From contig JAVJQW010000067.1 of the NCBI GenBank assembly GCA_040218735.1, positions 128,001 through 192,000 on the forward strand: a stretch of 64,000 nucleotides of DNA, written 5' to 3'. Shown piece by piece: positions 57,962 to 64,000 of the stretch. The DNA is from Deltaproteobacteria bacterium (GTDB taxonomy: Bacteria > Myxococcota > Kuafuiibacteriia > Kuafuiibacteriales > Kuafuiibacteriaceae). Under the pieces are notes generated by a model. The model ran no database searches and was not told where the DNA came from. It was given only the letters and a program-made list of their open reading frames with translations. The stretch's first letter is position 1. Each line of letters starts with the position of its first letter. The position numbers and the translations under genes are program-made.

Positions 57962-59023
57962 ATGAGGGCGTGGGTCTTGATCGTCGCGTTCGCGCTGGGG
58001 CTCGCGGGGTGCAGCGACGACGTCTCCGGGCTCGACGACGACACGCTCCTCGACGGCGCGGCCCCGCCGGTGTGGTCGGTCGAGACCGACGTCCCGACCG
58101 AAGCCGACCTCCTCGGCGTGTGGGGGCGCGCAGCCGACGACGTGTACGCCGTCGGGTGGGACGGGACCATCGTGCACTGGGACGGCACCGCGTGGTCGCT
58201 GGAGACGACGTCGTCGACGGTGGTGATCACCGCCGTGCACGGCATCCCGGCGCCGCCGCCGATGGATCCGCCGGATCCGAACCCGCCACCCCCCGGCCCG
58301 ATCTTCGCGTCCGGTTGGGGCGGTACGATCCTCGAGCGTGTCGACGGCAACTGGCAGACCGTCGCGCCGACGAGCACGCACACCGAGGACCTCTTCGACA
58401 TCTTCATCGGCGGCGAGGACTCGGGCCTCGCGGTCGGCGACGGCGGTCGCGTCCTCGCGTGGGACGGCACGGCGTGGACGAAGATCACGATGTTCGTCCC
58501 GGGTGAGTTCTCCGGTTCGCTCATCGAACCGAAGAGCACGCTGCAGGCGGTGTGGTCCGGGAACGGCCGCCGCTATTACATCGCCGGCTCCGGCGGCGCC
58601 GCGTACCGCTCCACCGGCGGAACGCAGAACTTCGAAGCGCTCGACACGCGCGTCTTCGAGCCGCTCCGCGACCTGTGGGGTCCCGCGACGAACGACGTCT
58701 TCGCCGTCGGCCTCGGCACCTTGATCCTCCGCTACGGCGGGCAGTGGCGCCGCGTTCGCAACGACGGTGCCGACGAGCTGCCGAACACGTTCCTCTTCGG
58801 CGTCAGCGGCACCGCGGGCGACGACGTCACCGTCGTGGGCTGGAAGGGCATCGTCGCGCGCTACGACGGCACGGCGTGGTTCGTCGAGGAGACCGGCGTC
58901 GAACAAGACCTGCGCGGCGTCTGGGTCGACCCGGTGACCGAGGTCGCCTACGCGGTCGGCGCGCGCGGGCTGATCATCCGACGGGACCCGCCGCCGCCCG
59001 ATCCGGAGATGCTGATGGAGTAG
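57962..59023 (+). CDS. Beta-propeller (WD40/YVTN/BNR-like repeat) lipoprotein
   Basis: Lipobox LAGC; repeats DLLGVWG...DDVYAVG..GTIVHWDGTAW; similar to 38061..38993. Confidence 0.85.
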   Translation: MRAWVLIVAFALGLAGCSDDVSGLDDDTLLDGAAPPVWSVETDVPTEADLLGVWGRAADDVYAVGWDGTIVHWDGTAWSLETTSSTVVITAVHGIPAPPPMDPPDPNPPPPGPIFASGWGGTILERVDGNWQTVAPTSTHTEDLFDIFIGGEDSGLAVGDGGRVLAWDGTAWTKITMFVPGEFSGSLIEPKSTLQAVWSGNGRRYYIAGSGGAAYRSTGGTQNFEALDTRVFEPLRDLWGPATNDVFAVGLGTLILRYGGQWRRVRNDGADELPNTFLFGVSGTAGDDVTVVGWKGIVARYDGTAWFVEETGVEQDLRGVWVDPVTEVAYAVGARGLIIRRDPPPPDPEMLME

Positions 59024-59088
59024 CCGGCGCGTCGAGCGTCCGCGGTCACAGCGCGAATCCCCGCGCGCCGAGCCGCGTCGATCGATCC

Positions 59089-59703
59089 GTGCGGCCTGTG
59101 ATTATCTTCAGCGCGCTCCTGGCGAGCGCGTGCGCGGCGTCGCGACCGGGCGTCGCTCCGGTCGTGAAACACCAGGCGCCCCCGGCGTTCGACCGCGGCG
59201 CCGCGATCGCGAACATCGCAAGAGGCTACGTCGGGACGAGGCGGACGTTGCGGCGTGACGACTGCTCGGGGTTCGTCGAGACGGTGCTCGCGTCGGTCGG
59301 CACGGACCTGAAGTCGAGCACGCGGATGTTCTGGGAGGCCGCGGTCCGCGACGCGCGCCTCGTCGACGGACGTCCGCGCCCCGGAGACCTCGCGTTCTTC
59401 GACTTCAGCTACGACGCCAACAAGAACGGCCGCCGCGACGATCGGCTCACGCACATCGCGATCGTCACGCGGGTGTACGCCGACGGCCGAATCGAGATGA
59501 CCCACCGCGGCGGCAGCGGCGTGACGTTCCTCCGTGCGCACCTCTTCCGCCGTTCGGAGCACAGGGACGGGTCGCTCGTCCTGAACGACTTCCTCGCGCA
59601 CAAGAGCTACGCGAAGGCCCGCCCGCGCCTGACCGGCGCGCTGCTGCGCGGCTTCGCGCGCCCGCCCCCGGAGCGCTTCACGATCCACAGCCCCGTGGCC
59701 TGA
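59089..59703 (+). CDS. NlpC/P60/CHAP-like lipoprotein
   Basis: GTG 59089 gives lipobox ASAC; DDCSGFV, PRPGDLAFFD, THIAIV. Confidence 0.8.
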   Translation: MRPVIIFSALLASACAASRPGVAPVVKHQAPPAFDRGAAIANIARGYVGTRRTLRRDDCSGFVETVLASVGTDLKSSTRMFWEAAVRDARLVDGRPRPGDLAFFDFSYDANKNGRRDDRLTHIAIVTRVYADGRIEMTHRGGSGVTFLRAHLFRRSEHRDGSLVLNDFLAHKSYAKARPRLTGALLRGFARPPPERFTIHSPVA

Positions 59704-59953
59704 CGCGGGTGATCGCGCGCTGTGCGCCGACCTGATCCATGAGGACCACCGTCACGAACGCGACGAGCCCCACGAGCCCGACGCCTCTCGCTCCGCTCGC
59801 ACCGGCGATCATCGTCGCGAGCGCGAGGGCGTACAACACGACCAGCACGACCGCGCGCCGTGTCTGGCCGGTGTAGAAGTGCCCGCCGCCGGGGACCACG
59901 AGGCTGGCCCCTACGGCGATCAGACGGCGGCGTTTGCGATACGTGTCGGGCAC
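59678..59953 (-). CDS. Small membrane protein (TM2-like)
   Basis: ASLVVPGGGHFYTGQ..RA motif and further hydrophobic helices; its 3' end overlaps the convergent gene by 26 nt. Confidence 0.6.
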   Translation of the reverse strand: MPDTYRKRRRLIAVGASLVVPGGGHFYTGQTRRAVVLVVLYALALATMIAGASGARGVGLVGLVAFVTVVLMDQVGAQRAITRVRPRGCGS

Positions 59954-59985
59954 AGGAATCGAAGTACGTCCGCCTCGACCCGAAT

Positions 59986-61323
59986 CTACCCACCGTGCTT
60001 CTTGATCAACTTATGTAAGTACTTCCTATCCATGCGGGCCGCGCGCGCGGCGGCCGAGACGTTGCCGTCGTGGCCGTCGAGCAGCCAGTGCACGTACGCC
60101 TGCTCTCGCGCGTCGACCCAGCGCTCCTTGCTCTGCGTGAAGGACAAGGTGGGATCGAAGGACGGCGCCGGAGCCGCCGGACGCGGCGCCTCCGGTTTGG
60201 TGCGGTTCGTCGTCGCGAGCTGACCGATCTCCAGGCCCTGCCCCGGCCGCACCGCAGCCAGGAGCACGGCGCGCTCGACGACGTTCCGCAGCTCACGCAC
60301 GTTGCCCGGCCAGTCGTGCGCGGTGAGGCGGTCCACGGTTCTCCCGTCGAGCCGCGGCGCGGTGACGCCGCGCGACTCGGCGATGGCCTCGAGGAAATGC
60401 TCGGCGAGCAGCGGGATGTCCTCCGGACGATCGCGCAGCGGTGGGATCTCCAGCGTGACGACGGAGAGGCGGAAGTAGAGGTCCTCGCGGAAGGCGCCGC
60501 GCGCGACCTCGCGCTCGAGATCGCGACGTGAGGCCGCGATGACGCGGATGTCGACCGGCGTCGGACCGCCACCGCCGACGCGACGCACCTCGCGCGCGTC
60601 GAGCACGCGCAACAGCTTGGGTTGGAGATCCAGCCCCAGCTCGCCGAGCTCGTCGATGAAGACGGTGCCGCTGTTCGCGAGCTCGAAGGCGCCGAGGCGA
60701 CGGTCGTAGGCTCCGGTGAACGCGCCCTTTTCGTGACCGAACAGCTCCGACTCCACGAGCTGGCGCTGCACCGCGCCACAGTCGACCACGACGTAGGGGC
60801 CCTTCGACCGGGCCGACGCCTGCTGGAGCGCGCGGGCGACGAGCCCCTTGCCGCACCCGGTCTCGCCTTCGATCAGCACGGTCGCGTCGGTGCCTGCGAT
60901 GCGGGACATCATCCCGAACAGCCGCCGCATGGGCGCCGACCGCCCAAGCACCGGCCCGAAGCGATCGTGGGGCCACGGGGGGACGACGACGTCCTGGCGC
61001 TCCGGGACGAACGCAATCTCGACCTTGCCCGCGACGACGACCGCGCCCGCTTCGATCGGTGCGTCGGTGACCCGCGCGCCCGCGACGAACGTCCCGTTGG
61101 TCGATCCGAGATCGACGAGACGCCAGCGGTCCTCGCTCTCGCGCGTGATGCGGAAGTGGCGCCGAGACACGCTCGGATCCTCCAGCACGAGATCACAGTC
61201 GGGCATCTTCCCGACGGTGACGACGTCGCGATCCACGACGCAGCCCTTGCCTGCGTCGGGACCGTTCTTGACGGTGAGTCGCAGCGAAAATAGGGCCGCG
61301 CCGCGATCACTTCCCGAGGCCAC
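59986..61323 (-). CDS. FHA-domain sigma54-dependent enhancer-binding protein (Fis-type HTH)
   Basis: FHA VG....[13 protein letters not shown]...DLGSTNGT; Walker A GETGCGKG; [15 protein letters not shown]; FREDLYFRL; WPGNVREL.N; [14 protein letters not shown]. Confidence 0.95.
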   Translation of the reverse strand: MASGSDRGAALFSLRLTVKNGPDAGKGCVVDRDVVTVGKMPDCDLVLEDPSVSRRHFRITRESEDRWRLVDLGSTNGTFVAGARVTDAPIEAGAVVVAGKVEIAFVPERQDVVVPPWPHDRFGPVLGRSAPMRRLFGMMSRIAGTDATVLIEGETGCGKGLVARALQQASARSKGPYVVVDCGAVQRQLVESELFGHEKGAFTGAYDRRLGAFELANSGTVFIDELGELGLDLQPKLLRVLDAREVRRVGGGGPTPVDIRVIAASRRDLEREVARGAFREDLYFRLSVVTLEIPPLRDRPEDIPLLAEHFLEAIAESRGVTAPRLDGRTVDRLTAHDWPGNVRELRNVVERAVLLAAVRPGQGLEIGQLATTNRTKPEAPRPAAPAPSFDPTLSFTQSKERWVDAREQAYVHWLLDGHDGNVSAAARAARMDRKYLHKLIKKHGG

Positions 61324-61440
61324 GTGCGGCGGAGCCTAACAAAAAGCCGCCGCAAAGTACGCGACGCCGGGGCCGGCCGAGAAACGGTTTGACTTCGCGC
61401 GCACGGGGATTTGAAACGGCGCCGCGGAGGACAGTCCCTC

Positions 61441-62376
61441 ATGGCAATCATCGAAGTCGAAAATCTAACCAAGAACTACGGAAATGTACGGGCGCTCAAC
61501 GGGGTGTCGTTCGCCGTGGAGCGCGGAGAGATCATCGGTCTCCTCGGCCCCAACGGCGCGGGTAAGACCACGACCATCAAGATCCTCGCTGGGTACCTCC
61601 AACCCTCGGAGGGGACGGCGATGGTCGCCGGCCACGACGTCGTCGAGGCCCCCCTCGCGGTCCAGGCGAGCCTGGGTTACCTGCCGGAGAACGCACCGCT
61701 GTACCTGGACATGGCCGTCCAGGAGTACCTGCTCATGATGGCGGAGCTTCGGGAGATTCCCGCCGACAAGCAGCGCGGGCTCCTCTCCCAGGCCATCTAC
61801 GCGGCCGGGATCGACGGGGTGCTCACGCGGACGATCGGGACGTTGTCGAAGGGCTACCGGCAGCGCGTGGGGCTCGCCCAGGCGATCCTCCATCAGCCGG
61901 AGATCCTGATCCTCGACGAGCCGACCAACGGCCTCGACCCGAACCAGATCGTCGGGATGCGCGCGTTGATCAAACGCCTCGCCGAGACCGCGACGGTCAT
62001 CGTGTCGACGCACATCCTGTCGGAGGTCGAGGCGACCTGCGACCGGGCGATCATCATCATGGAGGGCGAGCTGCGCGCGAACGCGAAGCTCGACGAGCTC
62101 ACGCACACCTCCGGCGCGGTGGTCGCGGTGGAGTCCTCGGTGTCGGACGTCGAGTCGACGCTCACCGGGACGAACGGCATCCAATCCGTGAAGAAGCTGC
62201 CGAACGCCAACGGCTTCGCGCATTACCGCGTCACCGGCGACAAAGACCTGAAGTTGTGCCCGCTGATCTTCGACGTCGCGCGCGAGAAGAACTGGCGCCT
62301 GGCGGAGCTGCGGCCCGATACACGGACGCTCGAAGCGGTGTTCCGTGAGCTGGGGCAGAAGGGAGCCAACCGATGA
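61441..62376 (+). CDS. ABC transporter ATP-binding protein (GldA-like, ABC-2 type)
   Basis: GPNGAGKTT, LSKGYRQRVGLAQA, ILDEPTNGLDP, STHIL. ATG at 61441. Confidence 0.92.
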   Translation: MAIIEVENLTKNYGNVRALNGVSFAVERGEIIGLLGPNGAGKTTTIKILAGYLQPSEGTAMVAGHDVVEAPLAVQASLGYLPENAPLYLDMAVQEYLLMMAELREIPADKQRGLLSQAIYAAGIDGVLTRTIGTLSKGYRQRVGLAQAILHQPEILILDEPTNGLDPNQIVGMRALIKRLAETATVIVSTHILSEVEATCDRAIIIMEGELRANAKLDELTHTSGAVVAVESSVSDVESTLTGTNGIQSVKKLPNANGFAHYRVTGDKDLKLCPLIFDVAREKNWRLAELRPDTRTLEAVFRELGQKGANR

Positions 62377-64000
62377 GCCACATCCTATCCATCGCGAAGA
62401 AGGAGCTACGCGGGTACTTCCTGTCGCCCGTCGCGCTGATCTTCCTCGGCCTGTTCCTGCTGACGACGCTCGGTCGCCTCTTCAACGGCGGCTTCTTCGC
62501 GCGGGGCATCGCGGACATCCGGCCGCTCTTCGAGCTGCTGCCGGTGTCGCTGATCTACCTGTGCTCGGCGCTGACGATGCGCCTGTGGAGCGAAGAGGAG
62601 AAGCTCGGCACGCTGGAGGTGCTTCTGACGATGCCGGTCGAGAAACACCGGCTGGTGCTCGGCAAGTTCCTCGCGGCGATCGCGCTGACGGCGATCGCGC
62701 TGGTGCTGACGTTCTCGGTGCCGGTGACGGTGGCGATGCTCGGGCCGCTCGACTGGGGTCCGGTGATCGGAGGCTACGTCGGCGCGGTGCTGATGGCGGG
62801 GGCGTACCTGGCCATCGGGATGTTCTTCTCGTCGATCACGTCGAACCAGATCGTCGCGCTCACGGTGAGCACGTTCGTCTGCTCGATGCTATTCATCGTG
62901 GGTGAGCCGATCGTCGTCGACAACGTCGGCAACAACACGGCGGAGATCCTCACGGCGGTCGGTACGGGGTCGCGGTTCCGCAGCATCCTGCGCGGCGTCC
63001 TCGATATCCGTGACCTCGTCTACTACGTCGGGATCGTCGTCGTGTTCCTCGGCCTGAACACGCTGCTCCTCCGCGCGAAGGGCTGGAGCGAGGGGGCGCG
63101 CACGGCGTCGCGTCGCCACAACGCGATCGCGACGGTGCTGCTCCTGGTGCTCAACGTCCTCGCGATCAACGTGGTGCTCTCGAACGCCACGGGCATCCGC
63201 GTCGACATGACGGAGCGCGGTGAGTACAGCATCTCGAAGGTGACCAAGGACCTCGTCCGGTCGCTCGACGAGCCGCTCCTCATCCGCGGGTACTTCTCCG
63301 AGAAGACCCACCCGCTGCTCGCGCCGATGGTGCCGCGTATCCGCGACATGATCGAAGAGTACGGCGAGATCTCCGGCGGCAAGGTCGTCACGGAGTACGT
63401 CGACCCGCGCGAGGACGTGGAGATGGAGAAGGAGGCGAACCAGCTGTACGGGATCAAGAGCTTCCCGTTCCAGGTCGCGGACCGGCTCGACACGTCGGTC
63501 GTGAACTCCTACTTCAGCATCCTCATCAAGTACGGCGACCAGTTCCAGGTGCTGACGTTCCAGGATCTCATCGAGGTCTCCGGGCGCGACCCGCGGAACA
63601 TCGAGGTGAAGCTGCGCAACCTCGAGTACGACCTCACACGCGCCATCAAGAAGGTCGCGTACGGGTTCCAGACGCTCGAGGCCGTGCTCGCGGAGCTCGC
63701 CAAACCCGCGAAGCTGTCGATGTACGTCACCGCGGCGTCGCTCCCCGAGAACTTCCAGGAGACCCCCGGCAAGATCGAAGGGGTCCTGAAGAAGATGTCG
63801 ACCGAGGCGAACGGGAAGTTCGAGTACGTGAAGGTCGATCCGGACGCGCCGGGGTCGGCGGTCACCCGCGACGACCTCGCGAAGCTCGGCCTGCGGCCCT
63901 ACGCGACGCTCTTCTCGCAGACCTCGTTCTACCTGCACCTCGTGCTCGACGTGGACGGGAAGCTCGAGCTCATCCCGTTGCCGGAGCCGTTCTCCGCGGC
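62373..64000 (+). CDS. GldF-like ABC-2 permease fused to a GldG-like periplasmic domain (3'-truncated by window edge)
   Basis: Not in the ORF track. ATG 62373 (ATGA overlap) gives MSHILSIAKKELRGYFLSPVA..LTMRLWSEEEKLGTLEVLLT.P..GKF, continuing in frame into RVDMTERGEYSIS..TK..VRSLDEPL.IRGYFS and NLEYDLTRAIKKV. Confidence 0.88.
   Translation, partial: MSHILSIAKKELRGYFLSPVALIFLGLFLLTTLGRLFNGGFFARGIADIRPLFELLPVSLIYLCSALTMRLWSEEEKLGTLEVLLTMPVEKHRLVLGKFLAAIALTAIALVLTFSVPVTVAMLGPLDWGPVIGGYVGAVLMAGAYLAIGMFFSSITSNQIVALTVSTFVCSMLFIVGEPIVVDNVGNNTAEILTAVGTGSRFRSILRGVLDIRDLVYYVGIVVVFLGLNTLLLRAKGWSEGARTASRRHNAIATVLLLVLNVLAINVVLSNATGIRVDMTERGEYSISKVTKDLVRSLDEPLLIRGYFSEKTHPLLAPMVPRIRDMIEEYGEISGGKVVTEYVDPREDVEMEKEANQLYGIKSFPFQVADRLDTSVVNSYFSILIKYGDQFQVLTFQDLIEVSGRDPRNIEVKLRNLEYDLTRAIKKVAYGFQTLEAVLAELAKPAKLSMYVTAASLPENFQETPGKIEGVLKKMSTEANGKFEYVKVDPDAPGSAVTRDDLAKLGLRPYATLFSQTSFYLHLVLDVDGKLELIPLPEPFSA

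Overview
High-GC, gene-dense bacterial DNA with myxobacterial hallmarks: MYXO-CTERM proteins, Mts-like adhesins, Glt-like proteins, a PEGA kinase and an FHA sigma54 activator. The main blocks are: (1) 1-6352, an iron/cobalamin-type ABC permease and ATPase, DUF819, a degenerate RmlD-like protein and a SPOR protein; (2) 6357-20341, surface lipoproteins including an mtsC/D/E/F-like thrombospondin/VWA cluster; (3) 20541-31525, a divergently transcribed Glt/Nfs-like trans-envelope operon with no motor genes in the window; (4) an ECF sigma factor coupled to a zinc-anti-sigma/pseudokinase fusion, followed by lipoproteins and a TPR protein; (5) 43332-53613, a compact contractile injection system (CIS) operon. 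The CIS has a beta-propeller inserted in its baseplate-J subunit and no recognisable tail fibre, AAA+ ATPase or toxin. It is headed by a translationally coupled NlpC/P60-MYXO-CTERM gene and abutted by three membrane-protein genes (40127-43342). This is the best candidate for an undescribed, possibly membrane-anchored, CIS subtype. (6) The right end holds a third VWA paralogue, a second NlpC/P60-like lipoprotein, an FHA enhancer-binding protein and GldA/GldF-GldG-like ABC genes. Two real genes that run off the window edges are missing from the ORF track. I saw no rRNA, tRNA, CRISPR array, integrase or transposase. All family calls come from motif recognition by eye, not from database searches.
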